DNA of 64,000 nt from Takakia lepidozioides. Lineage: Eukaryota > Plantae > Bryophyta. The stretch is from the NCBI GenBank assembly GCA_030704615.1, contig CM060731.1:57288001-57352000 (forward strand). Reading direction: 5' to 3'. A model generated the notes under the pieces. That model had not been told where the DNA came from. It searched no databases and saw nothing but the letters and a program-made list of their open reading frames with translations. Made by a program: the position numbers and the translations under genes. Positions 49,236 to 61,230 of the stretch are shown piece after piece. Every line of letters begins with the position of its first letter. Position 1 is the first letter of the stretch.

Positions 49236-51673
49236 ATGGCTGAGCGCGTTCGCCTAACCTGTCCATCTGCAAATGCGTCTATAAGAGTGGAAGCCAAGGA
49301 TGGTTCGGTGATATTTGCAGACAAGGTTCTCAGATCTCGGTTTGCATTGCAGCCTAGGATGGCTGTTTTTGAAGTCGAGGAGGTGGGAGAGGATGGCGTT
49401 GTGGAAACTCGGATTGTCAGTCCTAAACGAAATGATTTTGCACGGGCCTATGTCATTCCACACAAAACAGGTCAACAATACATTGTATATGGCCAGCAAG
49501 CATCATCGTTGAGTGTGTCGGCATCCCTTACTCCACTGACTGCCGCATCCATATTTGGCCCACGTCCTGCGAAGACGGAGAGTATTCAAATATTGAGTGA
49601 GGAGGATGAGGACTGCATGGTGGTTGGCAGCAGACGAGCATACTCCGCACCTCCGCGCACGCGTGCAAACACCACGGAGGACGACGATGCACATGAGGTG
49701 GATGCCGACGTGTTTACTCCCACACCCGCAGATGCAGTTACAAATTCAATGGTGGACATCTTGCAGCTCCTACGCACCAGCACCACATCCCGCAGCGAGC
49801 TTTCTAGGATCGACTTTCACAGTGTTCAAATAGTGAAGGTGAACCATTTACCCAGAAGAGTAGATGGGGACATTGTGTACGAGTTGCCGCCGACAGAAAA
49901 CACCGGTGCAGCGGGCCAGCTGGAAGGCATGGACCGGAAATATGACGGAAACCCATGGACTATAACAAAAACTACAAATCTGAAATTGCCGTTGCTAGAC
50001 AGGAAAGACACGACAGTCAGGTTTGTTGCTCTCTCTCATCCTTCTTGAAGTCTGTGCCGATTTCTCCTGTGTATCTTTGAATGAATTCAGGTATTATGAG
50101 AATGCTCTGCAATTTTAGAATGTGCGACCTTCTTGGAGAAGTCGGCACCGATTTCTCGTGTGTACATTGGTATCTTGCGGCACTATGAGATTTTTCTGCA
50201 ATATCAAGAGTCCTGTAAGTCCTTGGAGAAGTCTGTGCCGATTTACCAAACAGCACCAAGATGAGTTTGTCATCCCGCTTCACTGAATTTCTTCATGACG
50301 CCGTGTGTTGCAGATATGTGAACTGTGTTGGGAGTTTGAAATGCGTACGGACGACTTGCCCGTTTTTTGTGAGGGAGAGGTATCACAACGACACTTTGTG
50401 GCTGGGGACGTCGGATACCAAATTTCAAGCACAAATTATAGTACCGGAGAGGACGTTTGTTTGCTCCATTTGCAACCAAGCTCCTACCGGTATGGAGGCT
50501 TGTCCGGCGAAGATGTTTTACGTCTGCGGACCTCCTGCTATGACACATTGTGCAGTCCATGTGGGATGCCACACCCATAGGAGTGCTACAGGCGCATCCA
50601 GAGAAGCTGTTGCACGTGCAAAGGAGGTATTGAGATAGGAGCTCACCAGGTATCCATCGGCACGACCAAAAGCTGTGGAGCTCAATGCGGCGCATACCAT
50701 TGTCATGCAGCATATTATGTTGGCCGATGGGGGCGAAAGATGCAAACTTGACAGCGAGGAGTTCTACTGGATGGAGTTGAAGCATTTGGCAGCCCGGCAA
50801 ACAAGAGTACCATCAATAGAATGAAATTTCAGACAGGCCGGGGTGACGAAATGACCAGCTTGCTGCAAATGAAGTCTATGTGTGGGTATGAGTATATCCA
50901 TTCCAGCATATTTCCCGGGCACGGGAATGAGCATCAACGGTGCTTTGTCTTCAAGATGTCAACTGATGGGCCGGCATTCGGGGTGCATCTTGTGGATATG
51001 ATGAATGTTGGCGGGCCATTGGAAAATAGCTGGGTGATGTTCGACAATGTTAAACGAATAAATGGATGGAGCACGATGGCCTGCCATGTAATGTAGTTTT
51101 TGTGTAACGTGGACGCACAAAAACGACAAGTCTGTGACGACTTCCGGGATTTTTTGACGAGAATCTATCGAAATATGCCTAAATGGCCTGCCGGGACTAA
51201 GTTTTTAGGGACAGACATCAATATAACGTCCAAGTTGGTGCCGACTTGCCGGAAATGCACTCTCGGCGGCCGCGAAAGTCCAACTTTGGGCGGACTAACA
51301 ACAATGTCCCCGGAAAGTCTGTGCCAACTTCCCGGAAAACCGACGGGCAGTCCGTGCATGCAATGTCAGGCGTCCAGGCTGCCCTTAGATCTGGTAATAG
51401 ACCAGCCGGGAAGTCGTCACAGACTTCCCGGCAATTACCCGTTTTCAGGCGGACATAATCCGGGAAGTCTGGGCAGACTTCCCGGAAACATCATTATCAG
51501 GCAGACATCACCGGCAAGTTTGCACAAACTTGCCGCAAAATTCCACATTCAGGCGCTATGTGTGACGTTTTGCAGCACTGCACGTGTCGTGTGGTCACGC
51601 GTTGGGGATTGAAGTGCCAGGAAGTCTGTGCAGACTTGCCAAAACTTGTGCGTTTTCAGGTGATGACTACGAC
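49236..51673 (+). pseudogene. copy B transposase, N-terminal part (inside an inverted segment)
   Basis: GMDRKYDGNPW, CVGSLKC, HVGCHTH, FKMSTDGP and WVMFDNVKR align with the copy A transposase. Confidence 0.88.
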
Positions 51674-51941
51674 CTTTCAGACAGCGCACACATGTGTTGC
51701 TTAGGCACCCGTTGGGGCCTACGATTTTAGTGGTGCATCTTCGAAACGTCTTCCAGAAGCGTCACCGCGAAGCGACTTCCACCAAGCCGTCACTTTCTCG
51801 TCTTCCGCCAAACCGCCTTTTCGCTCCCGCACATGCTCCTTCGTTTCATCGCTCAATCTGCCCACGCCTTCTGCCCCTCCGTGGATTGCAGCAGTACGTC
51901 GCAACGCTTTTGGAGAGGCGCTCCTGGTTTTTTCAGCAACC

Positions 51942-54900
51942 ATGGAGGCTATTGGTGAGGATGACCCCGACTTTCAGCCTGAGAGACCCTCGCAGAGACC
52001 CTTGCAGATGGTGCTGAGGACCCACACCATTGTTTCCAGTTCGCAGAGCAACGAGCAGGCGCGCGGGCGAGGGAAGGCGCGGGGGAACACCATGAAAGGG
52101 CAATCTGGATCTGCAGACACCTCCGCCCCATCCTCCTCTCGGCAGCAGAAATCAGATCGCTTGCCCATGTCGGTATCAAACCGCTCGTCGCCGGGAGCAG
52201 GGAGCTCGTACAGGGGTCAGCATGCCAAGGGTCCAGCAGCGCCTGGCGTAGATGTGGTGCTCATTGCAGAGAGACGGCAGAGAGCTCTAAAGACATTGAG
52301 AGATAGCGCCCTGAACCACACCTACAGCTCCATTTCCCATCTTCTCCGAAAAGGCCACCCTCCACGTGTTCCCCTGTGCAGGATGAGGACGCTATATGTT
52401 GTTCGGCGAGCTGAAAGGCCCGGGGTAGAGAAGCTGAAGCTTTTTTTTGAGGGAGATGGGTACAATGACGCCCTTGCGTCCTTTCTGCTTGCAACAAACA
52501 ACACCGCAGGAGTGGCTTCCACCATCATGGCCGAGGATAGAGCGACCTGGGACATGCATTGGCAGGAGGAGGACCGCTGCTTTGAGGATGCCATCAAGGG
52601 CACCACCTAGGAGTTCCTGAGCAACCAATGGTTGTATATCTATGACGGCAACCACCGCTACTTGGCGTGGATGGATGTGATAACAGAGCAGCATGCCGAC
52701 GACCCCAAATGGCACTATGCAGTCAATGCAAAGATTCTGGATGTGAAACAAGAGGACATCGCTTTGGTCAGAAGGGCCATGAATTGCATGGCATGAACGT
52801 GTAAGACTGCTCACGTTTCTTCATAGTCTGTTCATATGAGCATTGTTTCTATCGTCAGTCCTGTAGTGTTCTGCTCACATTCGCAAACATTTCTCGGCAT
52901 TACTCCGACTGCAGGATGCGGGGAGTCGGTGCCGATTTCCCATGCGAAGTGACAGTGCTAAGGAGTCTGTGCCGACTTCTGCCGTTGCTTTCTGTAACAT
53001 GCTGTGTTTGATGCAATGCTATTTCATTCTATTTGATGGTGAGCTTCTCTGCTCGGGTAGTCTGTGCGGACTACCCAATATGTGGTCTAGCATGAGAGTG
53101 AGTAGTCTGTGCCGACTACCCAGTCAGAGCTATGCAATGGCAGTGAGTAGGCTGGACCGACTTCCCAGGTCTTGCTATGGCTCTGCATGTAATGGTGTTT
53201 TTTCACTTTGTGGACTGCCATAGTATGGGAAGTCTGCAACGACTACCCATTCCTCAGCCTTGTTCTCCCTGTGCTTACTCCAGTGTTGTTATGCAGGGTG
53301 ACAGAAGAGGGCAATGTCAAGTCCGACCTGGCACACAAGCTTTACTATTTCCAGCTATGCGCAACAACTCCAGTCGAGCAGGCAATGGTAGATGCCTTCA
53401 TTGAGCGCCACAAGAAGAGGAGGAAGCCTGTGCGTGGGGGGGTATCCGAACCCTCCATGAAGGAAGGCGATGACCTCGTCATTGTGGATATCCCAGATGG
53501 GCAGATGGTGCATAATTGTGGAGCAGAGGGTGTTGTGCCAGATTGGAATGTTCGAAAGCTTTCTCACATCAGTTCTGCCATATCGTTGGCAAATGCAATC
53601 ACGGATGATGTGGGGCGACTCCTCATTTTCTGCAAGGGTGACGGCAAGACGGAGATGGACCTTCGACGGATAGCGAGCAATGCGCCGTTTCGTTTTTGTG
53701 AAGAGGAAGTGGACCTGCATGAATGCCCTCTCGCTCCTGACAGGCGACGAGCAGCAGCCACAGGTAGCCCAAAACACCACCTCCTTGCGTCGTTCATCAT
53801 GTTCCATTCCCTGTCAATGTGGGAAGTCTGCACAGACTTCCAAAATTCCCAGCCCTGTTCCCATTGAAGACATAAGTGCCTCCTACATGTTCCCACGTCC
53901 ACTAATGGTTTTTTCATATAACAGTGAGTTATGTTGAGCAGTTTGAACAACGCCGCAGTCCACATTTTGTTTTGGAAGTTGGCACAGGCTTCCCAGAACA
54001 GTATGAGAAGTCTGCACAGACTTCCAACTTAGCCCCCTGTTTTCCTGCTTAACAATATCGGACAGGGTGAATGCAGGGTTGACTGGACCAAAATGGACGT
54101 TACCAGCACAGTTTTAGATGACTGCAATTGATGGTGTCATCAATTGAAATTGAATTAACTCATTAAAACCAGCAAATATATATGTCATTGGATTCCTAGC
54201 TTCAATACGCACCCATAACAACTCTCCAATCATGAATCCGATAAGAAATGACTCCGCTATGGACTTTTGAACACCGTCATTGTGGACTGTTACCGCAATG
54301 AATAGAATTACAATGGACTCAAGTTCTCCTATGTGCCATTGGTGAATTCCATTGAAATTTGGACATAAGGTGGCCATTTTGGTCCACATCATAGGTATGT
54401 ATTTGAAGTGGCAAAATCATTTGTCATTTGACTCATATGGACTAATATATGTAAAAAAAACAGGCGTTTTTTGAAAAGTCCATAGCTCATCTTGTTTTAT
54501 GGATTTTGGGTGTCATTTTTTTTCTAGAAGTATAAAAACCTATAATCTTCAATGGCTAGGTGTCATATTGAAATGTTTCTGTAAACTCTAATATTTAGTT
54601 TTTCATAATTTCTCTAAATAATAGACTAAAATATTTAATGAATTATATCTTTAATATTTGGGGTAGGACTCTTTACTAAATATGTTCAGTGTACCATTAT
54701 CTATCATTAAAAAAATATTTTGGGATAGTATCATCAATTTTTGTTTTTTGGTCATGGACTTTCATGGAGCAGGATCTGCCGTTTTTGGTCCACTCAACCC
54801 TGTAACTGCCCGACAGTGGCTGGTGCCTGGGAAGTACGAAATTATTACCAACGCTTTCCAACATGTCACCCGTGTCCTTGTCCAGCTTTCATGAAGTCGG

Positions 54901-55761
54901 CCCAGACTTACAGTTCATGTGCCGAGGCAGTTGGATTTCCTATGCAGACTCGGGTGTTTTATGCTTTTTTGCTGTTGAAGAGACCGACATACGCCTGCGA
55001 CCTTGGCCGGGATGCCAAGAAACTAGATTCCGACTCAATCCGGTTGACACCGACTTTGTGCGCAATTGTGTCACCAAAGACAGGCTGTACACAAGAGCTG
55101 ATGGGACCTGGTTTAGAGGCGCCAAAGAAAAAAGCCCAATGTTCCTACAGATTTTTATGGAGATGTTGACTGACATTGGGGGCAAGATTGTGGACCTCAC
55201 TGCAAACTGTGGCGCATCCATGGTGGCTGCACGGGTTTGTGGTCGCCACTTGCTGGCTTTGGAAGGCGATGGAGAGCTTGTAAGAGAGAAAGTGCAGGGC
55301 CTGCAAAGTGAGATGCCTGCTACACCTGACCCTGTGGCCCCAATGGACTTGACACCTGATGAGAGGTTCCGGGATTTTGGTGACCAACCTGTGCATGTCC
55401 ATGTACTGGAGTGAATAAGTTTGTTGTTCCTATCGTTTTATTTCTTCAAAACATGATAGTCGGCGCAGATTTCTCAATTCTGCTGCACTGTCTTGCTTGC
55501 CATGGCCCGGCCAACACGTTCCTTTTGCAATGCTCATGACCATGGTGTTTTTTTTCCTACTGCAGTGATGTTCCCTCAATTTGCACAAGGAGGCCAGCTC
55601 CAACGACGCCAGCTCATCGCCGTACAGCCTCATTAATGGCTGCACGTCAGGAGAGGGAAAATAGGAAGGCACAGATTGCCCAGAAGAGGGCAGATCTTCA
55701 TCGAAAAACAGCTGTTGTTCTCTTCACCCCACCCAAACCTATGTATCCTCTTGACTATGCA
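51942..55761 (+). pseudogene. ParB-MTase gene of copy B (internally deleted; last exon split by CACTA, resumes 62197-62457)
   Basis: VPLCRM..VVRR, YIYDGNHRYLAW, DLVIVDIPDG..VPDWN and EKSPMFLQIFMEMLTDIGGKIVDLTANCGASMVAARVCGRHLLALEGD. DYA|AKM is rejoined across the CACTA. Confidence 0.8.
54076..54800. mobile_element. AT-rich MITE (Sola-type with 4-bp TSD, or Tc1/mariner-type)
   Basis: TIR GGGTTGA(C/G)TGGACCAAAA at both ends. Flanks TGCA/TGTA. Confidence 0.8.
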
Positions 55762-56494
55762 CACTACAAGAGATGAGCGTTTTTAGGACTATGGATTTGG
55801 CGGAGTCATAAAAATGGCATTAGGTATACGACTACAGAGCGCTGAAATGTGTTACAGTCATAGTTTTATCACTTTGTAGTAATGGATATCACTACATGAC
55901 TCCCGAAAGTTAGGGAGCATTGGTCAAACATTGTTGACCATGATGACAGGGATGGTTTTATGACTAGTGTGATATGTTTGACTACACGTGGACGACGTTT
56001 CATGGAATCTTGTGACTCCATGACTGAAGATGGTTTTACAGCTCTATTTATACAACTACATTCCTACACGTGTCATTTTGAAAGCACATACACGAATGTA
56101 TTCATCCATTGGATGAGTTTATCCATCAATGATAGGGCATGTAAACTTATGAGTCCCTTACTGCAAATTGTTTCATAACTCTATATATATGACTACATCA
56201 CTACACGTGTCATTTAAAAGGCATATACATTAATGAATTCATCCAAAGGATTGGCTGTCATTCATCTTCTATACGCTCACCTTGGTACCTCTTTTGAAAT
56301 ATGTCTTCATTGTGCTTGCTGCTGACGACAATGGTGAAGGTGTGTACATACTTTTCAATACTCCCAGTTTCAATGCGGCTCGATCTGATTTTTCCCTTTT
56401 TTTCAAAGTAGCATAATAACGCACATGTTTGCTTTGGCATTTCATATAACCACTTGGATTGTCACAATGGGTATCACCACTGTGTTTTGAACTT

Positions 56495-56650
56495 CACACC
56501 CAAGATCTCTTCATCATTTTCATGCATTTGTAGTCTGTCTGCAAATGTGCTGCGGTAGACATAGAGAGGTGACGTGGCCAAGTCCCCATAAACCACACCG
56601 AAGCTCTGATATGCTAGCATGAGAAGCACCTTGAGTGATGGCTTTTGAAG
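56495..56650 (-). pseudogene. KUP/HAK/KT potassium transporter exon fragment
   Basis: LAYQSFGVVYGDLATSPLYVYRSTF...EEILGV, then truncated. Confidence 0.9.
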
Positions 56651-57074
56651 CTCCTGTTGCATAAAATGGCTCTCCACTGTTGGTGTCAGTTGTCCTAGCA
56701 ACAAATTGCCCTCAGAGGTATACCAGGTTCTTGTAGGTTTTACTCTCTGCCATTTGTCTTGTCACTACATTGGCATGCTATGTCTCAATTCCCTTTCATG
56801 AATCCGCCTATACGGTGTGTCGATTTGATATCTGTTTAATAAATTGGACCTGGATGGACGTGGCTTAACAAGCTTCGCAAGATATATGAGTTAAACTACG
56901 CAATGGTCAAGGTTGTACAAGGTTAGATCATGTGATGGAAATTATTTTGAATCGTTAGATTTTACAAGATCTAACGGTCTAGATTATTTAAGATCTAACG
57001 GTTTAAGATTACACCGCCGAACTTTACACCGGGCTGGGACTTTGGCTTTTTTGTCTCCTGCGTTTCACCATCTA

Positions 57075-59627
57075 TTTGATGTTGTGTCATGGAATGCGAT
57101 GATCGCAGAATATGCAAGGACGTGGGATGGAGGCTTTGCAGACCTTCTTACTCTTGAGCAAATGATGCAGAAAGGAGAAGAGGAGGAGGAGAGGAGATGA
57201 CGAGAAGATCCCAACATTCTTGCGAGCTCGCCGTTCTTGGGAGAGTCAGCTTGGTCTTAGCAGGCCGTGTTTCCATCTTTGCCTGCTCAGCTGCACCGTG
57301 GTGGTTCAATCTCACATACCAATCCGACATTACCTGACTACAGATACAAGCAGCACACACAAGAGGTCCTTTTGGGTTGATGGTCGGTCAAATCCTCCAT
57401 GGGTTATGACACAAGGTAAAGGACAATGTGGTGAGGATACCTTCTTCTTCTACCTATTTCAGCCTGTTTTGCCCTCTCATCAGACTCGGCCCTCAGATGC
57501 ATATTGGATTTTGAAAGTTAGCTCGTTGGGTGGATATGTGGTTGTTTAGAGTGACTTTGACAAGTTGCTGCCGATGTGGCAGCATGAAAGTATCCAAAAA
57601 CAGGTAACAGAGATGAGGAAAAGCTTTGGAATGAACACTTTTCCGACCCCAGTCAATGGCGGGACAATGGAGACAAAAAGGTGAATGCATGTTGGACTAC
57701 ACTAGAGAGAAGTAGATGCAATTAAGAATTAGAACTACTGTAATAATTAGGGTTGGGGTTTGCTGGAAGAACTTCATGCCGTCAGTGTCAGCTGCTAGCA
57801 GCAAATATTCATGATTTGTACACAGACAGGGATAGCTGAAGGACCAGGGATAGAGGTCCAGGTTCATCCAAGAGGGCCGGATTTCAAACACAAGATTAGT
57901 TCTGATTCCCTGTGGATCAATAGCTACAAGAAATCTGCTAACGAGAAAATGGTCTGCTAATGAAGGCACCTTTTTCAGCACATTTCACCCTATTTTTCCC
58001 TCTTATCAGAATCGACCCTAAATTTTCATGTTGAATTCTGCAAGTTAGTTGGTTGAGTGAACCTGGGATAGTTTGGAGTGACTTTGACATGATACTGCCA
58101 ATGTGAGAACAAGAAAGTATCCAAAAGAGGTAACAGAGATGAGGAGAAGCTGTGGAATGAATACTTTTCTGACCCCAGTCAATGGTGGGACAACCGAGGC
58201 AAAAATGTGAATGCATGTCAGATTACCAGATGTCATTTTGAACACTGCCCCTGCCTTGGTGGACATGTATGTCAAATGAGGGTGCATCGAGGATACAAAG
58301 GGAGTGTTCAACACTATGGCTGAACGAGATGTGGCATGTCATGGAGTGCGATGTTTGCAGGGTATGCACAGCAGGGGCGTGGGATGGAGGCTTTGGAGAC
58401 CTATGAGCAAATTATGAGGGAAGGGGTACTGAAGCCCGACCACATAACATGTGTGTGTGTTTGCAATGCATGTGCAAGCCTGGCAGCCCTGGAAAAGGGC
58501 AAAAGGTCCATGGTTGCATCGTCAAAGCTGCAAATGTACCAGATGTCATTCTGAACACTCCCCTGGTGGACAATATATGCCAAATGTAGGTGTAGCAAGG
58601 ATGCAAAGGGAGTGTTCAACAACATGGCTGAACAAGATGTGGTGTCTTGGAGTACCATGATGACCACCTTCCCCAGTGAGTCTTTCTCTCTTTCTCTCTC
58701 CTCCTCTGATGCCCTCACACTGTCCAGTGGAAATACAGTTAGGCATTAAACTCCCTAAACTTGTTTTGAATATGTGACATACGTGATATACATATTGACA
58801 AGGGTGATGTGTAGAAAAACATTTAATGCCTTCAATCCACTTAATATAATGTGAGCATATGCACCTAATTTTCAGTTTGCAGGCCTTTCAGCTTGATGCT
58901 CTTATGCTTGAGACAGACGACTTAGATATCTGAATATGCTGAAATTATGCCTAGCTGGTTGATGTCTGTAGAGCCTCTTTCAGTTGCAGGATGGGGAAGG
59001 CAGGGGGCAAGGAGGCGGGTGAAAAATAGAATACTGTTCAGTATGACTCTTGAAGCAATTCCAGCTTAAAATGTGATGATGTCACCATTGGGGCATGGAC
59101 CTCTTGGTCGTTTACAAGGGACTTGGGAGGGTCAGCATGATCAGCCTGTGTATGAAGGCTGGCAGCCCTGGAATTTTATAACCAGATGTCATTCTCCCCT
59201 AGTTCTGGACATATATGCTAATGTCAAGGGAGTGTTCAACACTATGGCTAAATGAGATGTGGTGTCGTGGAGTGCAATGCTTGCAGGGTATGCACAGCAG
59301 GGGTGTAGGTTGGAGGCTTTGGATACCTATGAGCAAATGATGGGGAAAGGGGTGAAGCTCGACCACATCATTTTAGTGTGTGTTTGCAGTGCGTGTGAAA
59401 GCCTGGCAGCCCTGGAAAAGGGCAAAAGAGGTGCATGGTTGCATCACCAAAGCTGGAATTGTACCATATGTGATTCTGAACAATACCTCGTGGACATGTA
59501 TGCCAAATGTGGGAGCATTGAGGATGCGGAGGGAGCCTTCAACACTATGGCTGAACGAGATGTGGTGTCGTGGAACGCGATGCTTGCAGGATGTGCACAA
59601 CAAAGGCGCGGGATGGAGGCTTTGGAG
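57075..59627 (+). pseudogene. PLS-class PPR gene fragments, duplicated
   Basis: DVVSWNAM, LVDMYAKCGSIEDA and AC.SLAALEKGK, with frameshifts. Confidence 0.9.
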
Positions 59628-61230
59628 ACAAGAAAGTATCGAAAAACAGTTAACAGAGACGACGAGAAGCTCTGAAATGAATATGTTTCCGACCCCAGTC
59701 AATGGTGGAACAATCCAGGCAAAAAGGTGAATTCCTGTTGGAAGCAAATGCAAGTCAGCATAGGAACTAGTGTGATAAGTAGGGTTGGGGTATTTGCTGG
59801 AATACTTATAGGCTGTCATTATCAGCTGCTAGCAGCAAGGCAATGATGTATGCATGATTTGTGTAGAGGCAAGGATAGCTGAAGGAGCAGGGATAGAGTG
59901 TGAGTCCAGATTCATCCAAGAGAGCCGGATTTCAAGCTCCAGATTACATATGATACCATGTGGATCAATAGCTACAAGAAACTTGCATGGGTAGATGGTC
60001 AACTGGAAGCCGCAGCAGCAGGGCACAATTGATAAAATCAGGCACTGCTAATGAAGGCACCTTCTTCAACACATTTCACCCTTGTTTTTCCCTCTTATCA
60101 GAATTGGCCCTAAATTTTCATGTTGAGTTCTGCAGGTTAGAGTTCCTTTGATAGTTTGGAGTGACTTTGACATGATACTGCCAATGTAACAATAGGAAGT
60201 ATCAAGAAACAGGTAACAGAGACGAGGATAAGCTATGGAATGAATACTTTTCTGACCCTAGTCAATGGTGCGGCAATCGAGGCAAAAAGGTGAATGCCTG
60301 TTGGATTACAGAGAGTAGCAGATGCAATTGAGCATATGAACTAGTGTGATAAGTTGAGTTGGTTGTTTCCTAGAACAAATATAGGCTGTCATTGTCAGCT
60401 GCTAACAACAACGCAAAGATTTATGCATGATTTGTGCAGAGGCATGGATAGGTGAAGGAGCAGGGATAGAGTGTGGGTCCAGATTCATGTAAGAGGGCCA
60501 GATTTCAAGCTCCAGATTACCTTTGATTCCCTGTGTCGAAGGATAGCTACAAGAAACCTGCATGAGTAGATGGTCAACTGGAATTTGCCGCAGCGGCGGC
60601 ACAATTGATAAATCTGGCATTGGTAACGAAGGCATCTTCTTCAATAGCACAGCGGCTACAAGTGGGTAGATGGTCTACTAGAAACAGCAGCGGCAGCAGT
60701 ACAATTGATAAAACAAGACACTACTAATGAAGGTACCTTCTTCAACATATTCCACCTTGTTTTCCCATGCTATCAGAGTCATCCCTATATTTTCATGTTG
60801 AATTCTGGAAGTTAGCTCCGCGTTGGTGGATCTCTGGTGGTTTTGGAGTGATTTTGACATGTTATTGCCAATGTGGTCGACAGGGAAGTATTGAAAAAAC
60901 AGATAACAGAGACGAGGAAAAGCTCTGGAATGAATACGTTTCCGACCCCAATCAGTGGTGGAACAATCGAGGCAAAAAGGTGAATGCTTGTTGGAAGTAG
61001 ACGCAAGTCAGTGAGTATGGTAAGTAGGGTTGGGGTGTTTGCTGGAACAATTCTAGGCTGTCATTGTCAGCTGCTAGGAGCAAGGCAATGATATAAAAAT
61101 GATTTGTGCAGAGGCATGGATAGCTGAAGGAGCAGGGATAGAGTATGGGTCCAGATTCATCCAAGAGGGCCGGATTTCAATCTCCAGATTACCTATGATT
61201 CCCTGTGGAAGGATAGCTACAAGAAACCTG
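57310..61230 (+). pseudogene. tandemly amplified OSB-type PDF-motif exons (about five partial units)
   Basis: LWNEYVSDPNQWWNNRGKK|intron|VHPRGPDFKHKISSDSLWI, and PDYRYK..FWVDGRSNPPWV. Confidence 0.8.

Noticed and set aside
56474-59675. Functional HAK or PPR host genes
   Set aside because: They are truncated, frameshifted and enclosed in a CACTA element.
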